From: a virus
Taxonomy: Duplodnaviria > Caudoviricetes
Strand: one strand, 5' to 3'
Length of the DNA stretch: 64,000 nucleotides
IMG/VR virus record: IMGVR_UViG_3300043384_000010
Coordinates: 1-64,000 of that record
Made by a program: the position numbers and the translations under genes. The notes below the pieces were generated by a model. It was not told the DNA's origin. It did no database searches and saw nothing but the letters and a program-made list of their open reading frames with translations. Below, one piece after another: positions 40,909 to 51,015 of this stretch; positions within the stretch are counted from its first letter, which is position 1, and every line of letters begins with the position of its first letter.

Positions 40909-40953
40909 CCAGATAGGCCGGGCACCCTGAATGCGGGTGCCCGGCCTATCTGG
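40909..40953. terminator. Perfect 19-bp hairpin between convergent genes
   Basis: CCAGATAGGCCGGGCACCC-N7-GGGTGCCCGGCCTATCTGG. Confidence 0.8.
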
Positions 40954-41455
40954 TCTGCCGTGCGGTCAGAACGGAGGGTCCTCCGTTGCCCACCCGGGGA
41001 TCACCGGGCACCCACCCGAAGCACCGCGGACGCGATCCCCGTCAGATGCGCGGCACACGCCGAGCATGGACGGTCCACACAGTCCTTGCACCCGTTGTCG
41101 CCGCGCGCCATCCATGCGGCCATCAAAGCTGCATCGGGGACGTCCGGGACCATAGGAACAGCCGCGTATGCCGTGACAGTCCATGTGACGCCATTGAGCG
41201 TGAGGTCGGCCTGGTATGACCCGTACGACACGCCCTCACACTTCGCCCGGACGGGCCCGGAACCCAGATCACCTAGGAGTGTGTACACGGACGCCTCGGA
41301 CGCATAGAAGCCGTCCTGCGTCTTCGGCCACAGCGTCAGCCTGTGTCCGCCGTTCGTGGTGAGACTGTCGATGTCCACCCCGGCCTTCTCGGCCACGCGG
41401 AACATCTCGGCCTGGACGGTGAGGCGATCCGCGTATCGGGTCGGGAGATCGGCGG

Positions 41456-42577
41456 TCACTCGGTCACCTTCGTGGCGGTCTCGACCGGGTCCCCGTGCAT
41501 GTCCACCTCGCGGACTACGGTGCATGAGCGTGCCTTGCACTTGCCTTCCAGCCCGACCAGGTCCTCGACCGGGACGGCCACCTCCAGAAACCGAGGCGCA
41601 CCGGCCCCGTTGAAGTATCTGCGCGCATGCGACGGGGACACCCCGAAGTGCAGGCCGTGCCCGCACCGACCCGACGCCTCCCAGTCGCGAGCGGTGACGG
41701 TTTCGCCGATCGGGTAGGCGGTGGAGATGTAGTCCTGCCCGGCTCGCAGGTCGGCGTCGACGGCCTTGTAGAGGACTGCCGCCCCGTCGGTCACGGTGAC
41801 GCCATGGAAGTCGAGCCAGGTGGTCGGGTCGGTCATGTCCAGTTGGGTGAGGTCGATGACGACTCCGCCGGACAGGGTGACGCGGGTGGAGTGGAGGTGG
41901 ACGGCGACGTACTTCCGCGCCTCGACTCTGCTGGAGTCCCACGCCTCGACGCTGCTGGAGTCCAGCGCCTCGACGCTGCTGGAGTCCCGCGCCTCGACGC
42001 TGCTGGAGTCCCACGCCACGACGCTGCTGGAGTCCCGCGCCTCGACGCTGCTGGAGCCCCGCGCCTCGACGCTGCTGGAGCCCCGCGCCTCGACGCTGCT
42101 GGAGTCCCACGCCACGACGCTGCTGAAGCCCCACGCCACGACGCTGCTGGAGCCCCGCGCCACGACTCTGCTGAAGTCCCGCGCCTCGACGCTGCTGGAG
42201 CCCCGCGCCTCGACGCTGCTGGAGTCCCGCGCCTCGACGCTGCTGGAGTCCCACGCCTCGACTCTGCTGGAGCCCCGCGCCACGACGCTGCTGGAGCCCC
42301 ACGCCTCGACTCTGCTGGAGCCCCGCGCCTCGACTCTGCTGGAGCCCCGCGCCTCGACTCTGCTGGAGCCCCGCGCCACGACGCTGCTGGAGCCCCGCGC
42401 CTCGACTCTGCTGGAGCCCCGCGCCTCGACTCTGCTGGAGCCCCGCGCCACGACGCTGCTGGAGCCCGTCTGGTTGATTTGGAGCCAGACTCCGGCGTCG
42501 GAGCGGATGTCGATCTGGGCGGCCTTGTCGGCGAGGGCATTGTCGAGTTCGGCCTGTGTGGTGACGGTGGTGGTCAT
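41456..42577 (-). CDS. 8-aa-repeat solenoid protein, paralog 2
   Basis: 22 V[EV]A[RWL][GD][SF]S[SR] units; same N- and C-terminal domains as 28767-29636. Confidence 0.85.
   Translation of the reverse strand: MTTTVTTQAELDNALADKAAQIDIRSDAGVWLQINQTGSSSVVARGSSRVEARGSSRVEARGSSSVVARGSSRVEARGSSRVEARGSSRVEAWGSSSVVARGSSRVEAWDSSSVEARDSSSVEARGSSSVEARDFSRVVARGSSSVVAWGFSSVVAWDSSSVEARGSSSVEARGSSSVEARDSSSVVAWDSSSVEARDSSSVEALDSSSVEAWDSSRVEARKYVAVHLHSTRVTLSGGVVIDLTQLDMTDPTTWLDFHGVTVTDGAAVLYKAVDADLRAGQDYISTAYPIGETVTARDWEASGRCGHGLHFGVSPSHARRYFNGAGAPRFLEVAVPVEDLVGLEGKCKARSCTVVREVDMHGDPVETATKVTE
41930..42467 (-). repeat. 24-bp coding tandem repeat, about 22 units
   Basis: CGCCTCGACGCTGCTGGAGCCCCG-type units. 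Confidence 0.95.
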
Positions 42578-42610
42578 GGATCCAACCTTTCCGTGGCGGT
42601 TCTGCTACCT

Positions 42611-42642
42611 AGAGTCTACGCCCTGTTGCGCTAGCGGGTCAA
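42611..42642 (-). promoter_or_regulatory. Conserved promoter, copy C
   Basis: TTGACCCGctagcgcaacaGGGCGTAGACTCT upstream of solenoid paralog 2. Confidence 0.85.
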
Positions 42643-43045
42643 CCGGACCGACCCGGTTCCATCACGGAACCACGCGCCCGGGACGCTCACCGCTCACCGA
42701 CCCCAGCCACCGCGTACTGCGATCTGATGCTGGCGCCGACGCTCTGCCACGCACGCAGCTCCGCGTCCAGGGCCTTCGCCTGACGTTCCGCATGCCGGTA
42801 CGCCACATCCGCTACATCGCGGGCTGTCCGCTCCACCGCGGTCGCCAGTTCCGCGACGTACTTCCGTTCGTGCGCCGGCCGGTCCTTCGCTCCGAGGTAG
42901 GCGCGGGCCTCCGCCAGGTCACAAGCGTGGTCGGCGGCGAGGAACGCCGCATACCGGTCGGCGCACACCCTGACCCCGTTGGCGATCCGGTTGGACACGT
43001 CCCGGATCTTCCCCTCAATCTGGACCGGAGTGAGATCCTCAACGC

Positions 43046-43585
43046 TCATGGCGCCTCCCAGGGCATGACGGGTCGGGGACGGTCCAAGGTGACAGCGTCA
43101 AGGCCGCCGTCCGGCAGGAGCAGATACCAGCCCGCCGGGAGGGGCGGACACGCTGGGGCCAGCCACACAGGCTCGGCCGCGGGGTCCTGCCATGACCGCA
43201 GCCGCCATCCGCCCGCGCATGCGAGGGTGATCCACCGACCTGTCCACGTGTGACACCCCGGGTCACCGGACCCGAGGGAACACAGGCCCAGCCCGTTGAC
43301 GGGGCTCCACGGGCCTCCCTGGGAGCGGGCGACACGGTGGGACCAGGACTGCGCGGGACGTCCGCAGCCGAGCTCGCACCAGCCTCCGGAGCGCTCCTTG
43401 ACGACAGCCCTAGCCCGGCGTTCGTCCGGGGTCACCTGGGGGTGGACGGTGGTCAGGCTGGACTGTCGCATCGGGACGCCAGGACTTCCCTCCCGGGGGG
43501 AAGTCCTGGCCTTGAGTTGTCCGCGGGCCAGACCCTGGCCTCTAGGCAGGGGGGCGGTACGGGCAGGCATGGCGGAGCGTTTCAT
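43046..43585 (-). CDS. HNH endonuclease-like protein
   Basis: CELGCG...SHRVARSQGG...NGLGLC...CH. Confidence 0.7.
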   Translation of the reverse strand: MKRSAMPARTAPLPRGQGLARGQLKARTSPREGSPGVPMRQSSLTTVHPQVTPDERRARAVVKERSGGWCELGCGRPAQSWSHRVARSQGGPWSPVNGLGLCSLGSGDPGCHTWTGRWITLACAGGWRLRSWQDPAAEPVWLAPACPPLPAGWYLLLPDGGLDAVTLDRPRPVMPWEAP

Positions 43586-43616
43586 CAGGTTCACCCGTTC
43601 GGCGTAGCCCCCGGAC

Positions 43617-43654
43617 TTGACACTGTAGATACATGCGGGCAGTCTGTAGATACA
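43617..43654 (+). promoter_or_regulatory. TTGACA promoter with two CTGTAGATACA operator-like repeats
   Basis: Copies at 43623 and 43644; palindromic core TGTA-GA-TACA; heads an operon ending in an RHH gene. Confidence 0.7.
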
Positions 43655-44262
43655 CACCGAGCCACGGGAGACGCCATGAACACCATCACCACCTACACCG
43701 GAGCCAACGGGACCACCTACGTCCCCTGCACCATCGACGCCGATGGGACCGCCCGGTTCCTGTCCGGCAAGCCCCTCCCGACAGACGCCCGGACCCTCGA
43801 AGGCCGCGAACTGGCCGACTACCTCGCAGGGAAGTGACCCACCGTGGACGCCGCATCGACCGCGACCTTCGAGACCGCCATGACCACGATCGACCACGCC
43901 GACCCGCAGGCCCGCGCCGCACTCAAGGCCGGGGTTATCTCCGGGAACGTCAAGGCATGGGTGGAGTCCCTCGGCATCACGTGGCCGGAATGGCGGGCAC
44001 TGCCCGTCCCCGCCCGTGACCGCCTCACCCTCCGCGCGTACCGGGGCTGACCTGATGCCGACCATGCCGCGCTCAATGCGCATCGACGAGGCCATCTGGG
44101 GGGCCGCCGTGGCCAAAGCGCGGGCCGAGGGGACCTCTGTCACGCAGATCGTGGAGGACTTCCTCCGCGCATACACCTCGCCGTCGCACATGACCGAGAC
44201 CGCCGTCTGCAACGCGCGTGGTTGACGTCCTCCCCGCCGTGAACGACGGGGATTCCAACTGC

Positions 44263-45462
44263 TTACGCGACGAGTTGCCGCGCGCGTTGGGGTTCGCGCT
44301 TCACGGACCGGGCCGACTTCACCCTGTCTCCACGCGCTGCCACCGCACGTCCTGCGGCGGGTGTTCGATCTGCGATGTTGCGTGCCGCATTCACGTCCGC
44401 GTTCGCCTGGTGCCCGCAAGCCACGCACCGGAACACCGCTTGACTCTCGCGGGATTCTCGGGCGACATGCTTGCAGGCGTTGCAGGTCTGCGACGTGTAC
44501 GCGGGGTTGACCTTCTCGATCCGCCCGAGGGCCTTCTGTTCGGTGCGGATCAGGAGCAGTGTCCAGCCTGCGGCGAGGATCCCCCGGTTGAGTCCGGCCT
44601 TCTGCCGGACGTTGCGGCCCGGAGCCTCCAAGGTGCCACGGGCGGACCGGGTCATCGCCTTGACGTTGAGATCCTCGAACCGGACCACGTCGAAGCGTCG
44701 GGCGAGGTCGGTGCTGGTCTTCTCGGCCCAGTCCTTCCGCCGGTCGCCGTCGCGGGCATTCAGCCGGGCGATGGCCATCTTCACCCCGGTGCGCCGGTTC
44801 GAGCCCCGCTTGGCTCGGGCGAGGCGTCGTTGCAGGCGCAGGAGTCTCTCGGCTTCCTTGGGTCGCAGTCCGGCGGGGCTGGTCATTTCCCCGGTAGACA
44901 GGGCGACCGCGGCCTTCACGCCCCGGTCGACGCCGACGATCTCTCCGGTGCCGGGTGCGGGGATCGGGTCCGGGATCGCAGCGAACGCCACATGCCAGCG
45001 GCCCGCACGGTCCCGGGTCACCCGGTACGACTTCGCGTCCGGGACCTGCCGGGAACGCTTGAACCGCACCCATCCGACCTTCGGAACCCACACGCTGGAC
45101 CATTTCGCGTTGTCCTGCCGGACCCGGAAGTCCTTCCCGACAACCCGCAACCCTTCCGACTGGCCGCGTTTCCGCCACGTCGGCCGGTCGTGGGTGCCTG
45201 CGAAGAAGTTCCGCCACGCCTGGTCCAGGTCCCGCAACGCCTGCTGCTGCACACCCTGCGGGCCGTCCCGCAGCCACGGTTCCGCGGCGCGGGCTTCGGT
45301 GAGTTGACGGCACTGCTCCGCGAACCCTGGGGTCGGGCCCTGCCAGCGGCGCCACATCAGGCGCTGCTCCAAGCCGAGGTTCCACACGTACCGGGCGTGT
45401 CCACAGATCTCCAGCAGCAGGACCTCCTGCGCTGGGGACGGGTACAGCCGGTAACGACTCAC
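44263..45462 (-). CDS. tnpB: RNA-guided endonuclease TnpB, catalytic residues intact
   Basis: GVDRG, FEDL, Zn ribbon, NADVNAARN. Confidence 0.97.
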   Translation of the reverse strand: MSRYRLYPSPAQEVLLLEICGHARYVWNLGLEQRLMWRRWQGPTPGFAEQCRQLTEARAAEPWLRDGPQGVQQQALRDLDQAWRNFFAGTHDRPTWRKRGQSEGLRVVGKDFRVRQDNAKWSSVWVPKVGWVRFKRSRQVPDAKSYRVTRDRAGRWHVAFAAIPDPIPAPGTGEIVGVDRGVKAAVALSTGEMTSPAGLRPKEAERLLRLQRRLARAKRGSNRRTGVKMAIARLNARDGDRRKDWAEKTSTDLARRFDVVRFEDLNVKAMTRSARGTLEAPGRNVRQKAGLNRGILAAGWTLLLIRTEQKALGRIEKVNPAYTSQTCNACKHVARESRESQAVFRCVACGHQANADVNAARNIADRTPAAGRAVAARGDRVKSARSVKREPQRARQLVA

Positions 45463-45511
45463 AACCGTGAGTATACCCCATGCGGGGACGTTCCGGGGTC
45501 ATACTGTCCCC

Positions 45512-45664
45512 ATGAAGGAACTCAAGGTCCGCGTCCCCGACACCCTCCACGACCAGCTGAAGGCACTCGCCGCCAGCGAACACCGATCCATCAACGCGCA
45601 AGTCACCCTCCTCATCGAACAAGCCGTGCAAGGTCAAGACCGGTCCGATTCACCCCCGCCCTGA
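45512..45664 (+). CDS. Arc/FitA-like ribbon-helix-helix protein, leaderless
   Basis: MKELKVRVPDTLHDQLKALAASEHRSINAQVTLLIEQAV. Confidence 0.85.
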   Translation: MKELKVRVPDTLHDQLKALAASEHRSINAQVTLLIEQAVQGQDRSDSPPP

Positions 45665-45835
45665 AGGACGGAGCCCCCTCGGACCAACTCGGTGGGAGCA
45701 GGCCACGGCGAAGGTCCCCGACGACCGGTGCCCGACGTGCGGGCAGGAAGAGGTCAACTACTTCACCCGCACCGACTGACCCGACCGCCCCCGCCCCTGT
45801 GCCCCTCCCCGCGAGGGGCACAGTCATGTCCGGGG

Positions 45836-47104
45836 TCATGACGCCACCCGCCGATCAGCGAGGACGGACACGTCAGCACCGACAGCGGCAGCGATCACAT
45901 GGGCAGCTAGCAGGGGTGGGACCGCGTCACCGATCTGCCGGAACTGCGCGGACCGTGTCCCGGCCCACGGGTAGCCCTCCGGGAACGACTGGAGTGCAGC
46001 CGCCTCCTCAACCGTGACCCGGACAGCGTTCGTGAACATCGGCTCTGGATCCTTCCCCCGGCAGCATCCGGGAGCCATGCACCGGTGTCCGGGCGCCGCG
46101 ATGCGCGGGTCGCCCTGAACGGTCGTGGATGGCCGTTCCTGCGCCCACCGCCAGTTGCCGTTGTCCATCGCAGCAGGGATCGTCGCCGACGGTGACCCGG
46201 CGGGGCGGACGGTCCCCTTGGCGGTCTTCACATCCCCCATCACCCATGAGCGGGTCGTCTCCGTGAGCGCCCACGAGGGCCGGTTCATGGAGAACTCGTT
46301 CCCGCCGGGCGTGGTCCGGTTCCCTCTGGTGTTGACAACACCAGAGGGAACCGGACCACGCCCAAGCGCGTCAGCCATCGACACCCATGGCTGCAGGCCG
46401 GTCCCGAACAGGGAATCGTCGGTTCCGTGCCAGCGGCCACCGTCCGGCAGTGTCGGATCGTAGGCAGTGTGTGTCGCCTGGGGGGGGGCAACCGGGTGGG
46501 TTCGGGAGGCGATGAGGATTGCCCGCCCCCTCGTCTGGGGAACCCCGTACCGCTCAGCCGACAGGACTCCGGCCCACGCCACGTACCCGAGAGATTGGAG
46601 CCAGCGGGTGAGCATCCGCCAGAACGGGAGAACAGCCGGTACCTGCTCCAGGGCGATGTTCTCCGGCCTCGTGGCGAGAACCCACCGAATCACTTCAAGG
46701 ACGAGAGGGGACCTGTAGTCATGCCAGGTGCCGGCCTGGTCGCCTTCCCCTGCCGGGAGCGGCCCCTCCTGCCCGTACGGCTCCCATTGGCCGGACGCGA
46801 TGACCCGGGAGGCGTGCGCGTAGATGGCGGCCTGGTCGAGGATCCCGAGCCGCTTCCCAGCCTTGGACCACGCCTGGCAGGGAGGGCTGAACAGCATCAG
46901 CCACACGAGCTCACGGAAACCGTCGAGGCAGAAGTCCCGGACATCCGCCCGGACACGGGTGTGCCCGGCAGATGACGCCGTCTGACATGCGGCCATGTCC
47001 CACTCGATGCCGACGTCCGGGACGTCGGGGAGGCCGAGCATGCGCAGTCCCGTCCCCCAACCCCCGGGGCCTGCGCAGCCCTCGAGAACGACCCTGCGGT
47101 TCAC
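45836..47104 (-). CDS. C5-cytosine DNA methyltransferase
   Basis: CAGPGG (motif I variant), SPPCQ, LEQV, YGVPQTRGR, QIGDAVPP. Confidence 0.9.
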   Translation of the reverse strand: MNRRVVLEGCAGPGGWGTGLRMLGLPDVPDVGIEWDMAACQTASSAGHTRVRADVRDFCLDGFRELVWLMLFSPPCQAWSKAGKRLGILDQAAIYAHASRVIASGQWEPYGQEGPLPAGEGDQAGTWHDYRSPLVLEVIRWVLATRPENIALEQVPAVLPFWRMLTRWLQSLGYVAWAGVLSAERYGVPQTRGRAILIASRTHPVAPPQATHTAYDPTLPDGGRWHGTDDSLFGTGLQPWVSMADALGRGPVPSGVVNTRGNRTTPGGNEFSMNRPSWALTETTRSWVMGDVKTAKGTVRPAGSPSATIPAAMDNGNWRWAQERPSTTVQGDPRIAAPGHRCMAPGCCRGKDPEPMFTNAVRVTVEEAAALQSFPEGYPWAGTRSAQFRQIGDAVPPLLAAHVIAAAVGADVSVLADRRVAS

Positions 47105-47365
47105 GGTCGCGCCGCCGGAGTGTAGTAGCGGCGGACCGGGATCCCTGCATCCTCGGCCCATCCGGTGATCAGGACCCTCACGACGCCCACCCGATCCCCT
47201 CGATAGAGGCATGCCAGGACGTGCGCCAGGAGTGGCCACATGCTGGGCAGGCGTAGTGGCCGACCCCACCCACATCGGTGTCAGCCCACAACCACGGCGA
47301 CGCCACCACGGTCCGATTCAAGTCGGGGACACGGCACGCCCTCGGGCAGCCATCAGGGCGAGGCA

Positions 47366-48670
47366 TCATGACGCCGCCATGTCCACGAAGCGCGAGAAGT
47401 GGAGTTGCGCGGCGAGGACGACCGTTGTCGGTTCGCCCTTGCGTACCTTGTCGAAGATCACATCGACCTCTCCAGCCCGCGGGCTTTCCTTCTCGTACAC
47501 GTCCTCCCGGTACAGCAGGACGACGACATCCGCGTCCGATTCCAGCGACCCCGATTCGCGTAGGTCGGCCATCATGGGCCGCTTGTCCTGCCGCATCTCC
47601 GGGCCGCGGTTCATCTTGGACACCACCATGATCGGGACGTGTTCGGCCATCGCCGTTGTCTTCAACCCGCGGGAGATCGCACCCACGGCTTCCTCCCGCT
47701 TCCCAGCACCTGGGGGGGTGGTCATCAGTTGGAGCTGGTCGACGATCACCAGGTCGGGGCGGTGGCGGCGGATAGACGCCCGCAGCGCGGGGAGCGTCAA
47801 CTCCGCCGTGTCGTCGATGATCAGGTCAGCGCCGTCCATGTCCTGGCGTGCCCTCGCGATCCTCTCCCACTCCCTGGCGTCCAGGGCGTGCTTCTGGATG
47901 CGCTCGTGGGACACTCCGGCCGCCAGGGCGACGATGCAGTCCTCCGTGTCCTCCCGGTCAACCTCCAGGGTGTGCAAGAGGACCCGCCTGTGTTGTTTCA
48001 TCGCCACATGCGCGGCGATCCCCCGGACCAGCGTCGACTTGCCCATACCAGGACGAGCGGACACGACGATGAGCTGGCCGCCAGACATGGGGCGGACCTT
48101 CCGGTCCACATCGATCCACCCCCACGACAGACCCCCGACGTCGGTCCCGGTCTCAATCCGGTCGAGGATCGAATCGACCTCCCGGCCGAAGTTCGTGGCC
48201 TGCCCGGTCATCGCGAACGACTCGGCGACCGCGGTGATCTCGGCCCCGGCGGCGGACACCAGGTCGTCGAGGTCAGCTCCGTCTGGGGAGTACCCGGACT
48301 GGGCGATCCGTGTCCCGGCCTCGATGAGACGCCGGAGGACCGCGCACTTCCTGACGATCTTGGCGTAGTAGCCGGCGCTAGCAGCCGTCGGGACCGACGA
48401 GAGGATCTCGTGCAGGTAGGCGGCCCCACCGACCCGGGACAGTTCCCCGAGACCTTGGAGTTCGGCGCACACCGCTACTGGGTCGGTTGGGGCGTCCCGG
48501 CCGTCGAGGTCGACGATCGCGTCGAAGATGGTGCCGTGTGCTGGCCGGTAGAAGTCCACACCGGAGAGCAGCGAGACAACATCGGTGATGGCTGTCCGGG
48601 ACATGAGCATCGCGCCTAGGACGGACTGCTCGGCAGTGACGTCCTGCGGTGGGATCCGGCCCTCAGTCAT
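47366..48670 (-). CDS. dnaB: Replicative helicase DnaB
   Basis: AEQSVLGAML, ARPGMGKST, IVDQLQL, DLRESGSLESDADVV. Confidence 0.97.
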   Translation of the reverse strand: MTEGRIPPQDVTAEQSVLGAMLMSRTAITDVVSLLSGVDFYRPAHGTIFDAIVDLDGRDAPTDPVAVCAELQGLGELSRVGGAAYLHEILSSVPTAASAGYYAKIVRKCAVLRRLIEAGTRIAQSGYSPDGADLDDLVSAAGAEITAVAESFAMTGQATNFGREVDSILDRIETGTDVGGLSWGWIDVDRKVRPMSGGQLIVVSARPGMGKSTLVRGIAAHVAMKQHRRVLLHTLEVDREDTEDCIVALAAGVSHERIQKHALDAREWERIARARQDMDGADLIIDDTAELTLPALRASIRRHRPDLVIVDQLQLMTTPPGAGKREEAVGAISRGLKTTAMAEHVPIMVVSKMNRGPEMRQDKRPMMADLRESGSLESDADVVVLLYREDVYEKESPRAGEVDVIFDKVRKGEPTTVVLAAQLHFSRFVDMAAS

Positions 48671-49067
48671 TCGACGCCCCGATCTCGGATGGGGCCGGGA
48701 CGGCGCCGATCGCCTGCGGGATGGTCGCCCCGTCCGCGATCCGCGCCTTCCGGGACCGGAGGATCGCCACCCACTGAACGCCCGGGGTTGATTCGTCCAC
48801 CCCGGCCATCAGTTCGGAGTCGGTCACATTGTGGAACCGCTCAGACCGGATGCTCCGGACGCCCGCCGCGACGTGCGACGGCTTGCACCAGTCGGTTGTG
48901 CCCGCGTGGTGTACCCGGACGGCCTGGAGTGCGTCCTCCCGTGATGTGACTCCCGCGATCTTCAACGCGTCGAGCCATGCCTGGATGTCGAACTTCCCGA
49001 CGGTCCGCCGGTCGTAGGCGGCGCACAGGGTGAGGACGTCCACGACGTCGTCCCATTCGAGGCTCAC
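48663..49067 (-). CDS. Helicase loader/inhibitor-like protein
   Basis: Between initiator and dnaB; LTLCAAYDRRTVG...AW. Confidence 0.55.
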   Translation of the reverse strand: MSLEWDDVVDVLTLCAAYDRRTVGKFDIQAWLDALKIAGVTSREDALQAVRVHHAGTTDWCKPSHVAAGVRSIRSERFHNVTDSELMAGVDESTPGVQWVAILRSRKARIADGATIPQAIGAVPAPSEIGASND

Positions 49068-50215
49068 GCGCCTCCTCCGATCGCGAGCAGGTGTGGCGGG
49101 TGGGTTGTGCCGCGCTTGAGTGATTGCGCCTGCATGACCCTGTCAGTGGTTGTGGATCCGGAACTGGGACCTGGCTTGGGTGCTATCGAGGCGATGGCCT
49201 TGAGGCGGAGTTGGTCGTATTGGGCGCGGAATGTCGGCATTGACTGGATGTTGGATCGCCAGAACGGGTCGGCTTGGCACCAGCGGATGAGGTTCGCTGC
49301 CTTGACGGGGTCGCGCCTGTCGGTGTCGATCATCAGTCGGGCGTTGTCGAGCCACTTGACGGTGATCGTTGGGCGTTTGCAGCCGTTGGCTGCCATGAGG
49401 TCTGCCAGGAGGTCGCACAGGCTGTGGATGTCCTGGCGGGCGTTCTTGTCGGTCTTGGCCGAGGAGGAGGCAGAGTTGTCGTCGGTCGGGTCGCCTCCGT
49501 CGCGGGTGTCGTCGATCTCCTGGTCGGTGGTCGCGTCAGCGGCTTCCGACGAAGAGAGGTTGTTGTTGTTTGGTTGCAGGTTGCTAGGTGCAGGAGTAGG
49601 TCTAGGAGTGGGGCTTGGGTTTCCCGATGGGTTCCCCGAACCCTTCGGCTCATCCCTTCCGGAAGGGTTTCTGGAAGGGTTTCCGTGAGGGTTTCCGAGA
49701 GGGTTTCCGAGAGGGTTTCCGAGAGGGTGGGTGGATGGGTCGATCGCCTCCCTGGACACCATGTCCGACAGGAGTTCCTTGCTGGCCTTGGCCCCCCACG
49801 AGGTCAACTCGGGATGGTCCTCAGCGAGCCGCTTCACCTCGTGGACGATGACCCCGCGCAGCACGGACGACGCGACCGCCATGTGCGCGGAGTGCATCGC
49901 CACGGCCATGTTTGGCTGCTTCATCAGCCCGTCATGCCGGACGAACGAGCGCACTAGGACCTCCTCTGTGCCCTCATCCACCAGCACGTACATCTCGGCC
50001 TGCAACTGCGCTGCGGCCTGCTCCACCCTCTCTGGTGTCCAGTCGGGGCCGATGAGCGCGGCTAGACGCTTCGGGCGCCAGTCGGCCACCCCACAGTGAG
50101 TCAGCGACGGGTGGGTGAGCAGGACGAAGTAGAGGAGCTTGGAGTCGCCGCACAGACCCCGGAAGTCGTCGTCGGCCCAGATGGACAGCCGGATCGGCGC
50201 ATACTCACGCGCCAT
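49064..50215 (-). CDS. Replication initiator protein containing the origin
   Basis: N-terminal wHTH-like IWADDDF...; internal iterons; C-terminal WCQADPFWRSNIQS..FR..YD. Confidence 0.75.
   Translation of the reverse strand: MAREYAPIRLSIWADDDFRGLCGDSKLLYFVLLTHPSLTHCGVADWRPKRLAALIGPDWTPERVEQAAAQLQAEMYVLVDEGTEEVLVRSFVRHDGLMKQPNMAVAMHSAHMAVASSVLRGVIVHEVKRLAEDHPELTSWGAKASKELLSDMVSREAIDPSTHPLGNPLGNPLGNPHGNPSRNPSGRDEPKGSGNPSGNPSPTPRPTPAPSNLQPNNNNLSSSEAADATTDQEIDDTRDGGDPTDDNSASSSAKTDKNARQDIHSLCDLLADLMAANGCKRPTITVKWLDNARLMIDTDRRDPVKAANLIRWCQADPFWRSNIQSMPTFRAQYDQLRLKAIASIAPKPGPSSGSTTTDRVMQAQSLKRGTTHPPHLLAIGGGA
49614..49730. repeat. 12-bp iterons G(A/T/G)(G/A)AGGGTTTCC, 5 full + 1 partial, with inverted copies (candidate ori)
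   Basis: Units at 49661, 49673, 49685, 49697, 49709, 49721; palindrome CCCTTCCGGAAGGG. Confidence 0.75.
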
Positions 50216-51015
50216 CAGATCGTGGCCTCGTTATGCCTGACCCGGTAGTCCGGAGTGCCCCAGTGGTAGCCGTCGTCCCACTCAACGTCGACGGGCCCCT
50301 CATACCCGTCGGGGTCGCCGAGGCCAACGTCGTGGCTGGTGTCGGTGAGCCCCACCGCGTTGATCCACTCCGCGGCGTAGCAGTGCTGGTCGAAGAGTGG
50401 TCCATGCTCGCAAGAATCACCGGACCACTCCTCACAGGTCTGGTCTGGGCAGCCCATCCGGCAAGGGGAGCAGGGGGGTGCCTCGCAGGTGAGCTGCCCG
50501 TCCCGGACGAAGTGGACCGGGGCGGCCATCAGGCCACGTCCGCGGTACGCGACCGGGCTATGGTCCTGGCGATGACCAGTTGGACCCCACGATGGGTGAA
50601 GCCGATCAGCCTCCCGAGTTCCGCGTAGCTGATCCCGGCGTCATGACCGGCGACGAGGTCCCGGTCGCGGGCTGCCCGGAGGTCGTGGAGTTGCCGCGTG
50701 CGGTCGCGGATGCGCTGGGCAAGTTCGGGTTGGCCGAGGGGGCAGTCTTGGGGGTTCGTCTGTGAGAGACTCACAGGTAGCCCTCTCCTTTCCGTGGTGG
50801 AGATCGGGTCAGGTGAGGTCAGTGCGTCCGAGCACTGGCCTCATCGTCTTGTTACACGGTAGCAGCTTCGTGGCGGGCTGTAACGGGTCGGTGCCGGGAT
50901 TTCACGCTACCGCCCGTAGCCGCCGATCACAGCCGGTCGCCGCCGTCCAGCACCCAAACGGGAGGGGCGGCCGGGATCCGGAGACCCCAACCACCCGCTC
51001 CGCCTGCATATCAGC

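Larger units (their letters stand above)
44222..45691 (-). mobile_element. Non-autonomous IS200/IS605-type element (tnpB plus divergent Arc-like gene, no tnpA), inserted 3' of CCAC
   Basis: Right end ...GACGTCAA at 44222; left-end hairpin CGCCCTGAAGGACGG; empty site restores the interrupted ORF. Confidence 0.88.
44055..45779 (+). pseudogene. RHH + Zn-finger gene interrupted by the IS (44055-44221 joined to 45692-45779)
   Basis: Removing the IS gives ...TAVCNARGWEQATAKVPDDRCPTCGQEEVNYFTRTD-stop in frame. Confidence 0.8.

Noticed and set aside
43046-45637. 863-aa ORF in the track, and similarly 16872-18857
   Set aside because: Alternative-frame read-through across IS elements in GC-rich DNA; only the HNH-like C-terminus (43046-43585) looks real
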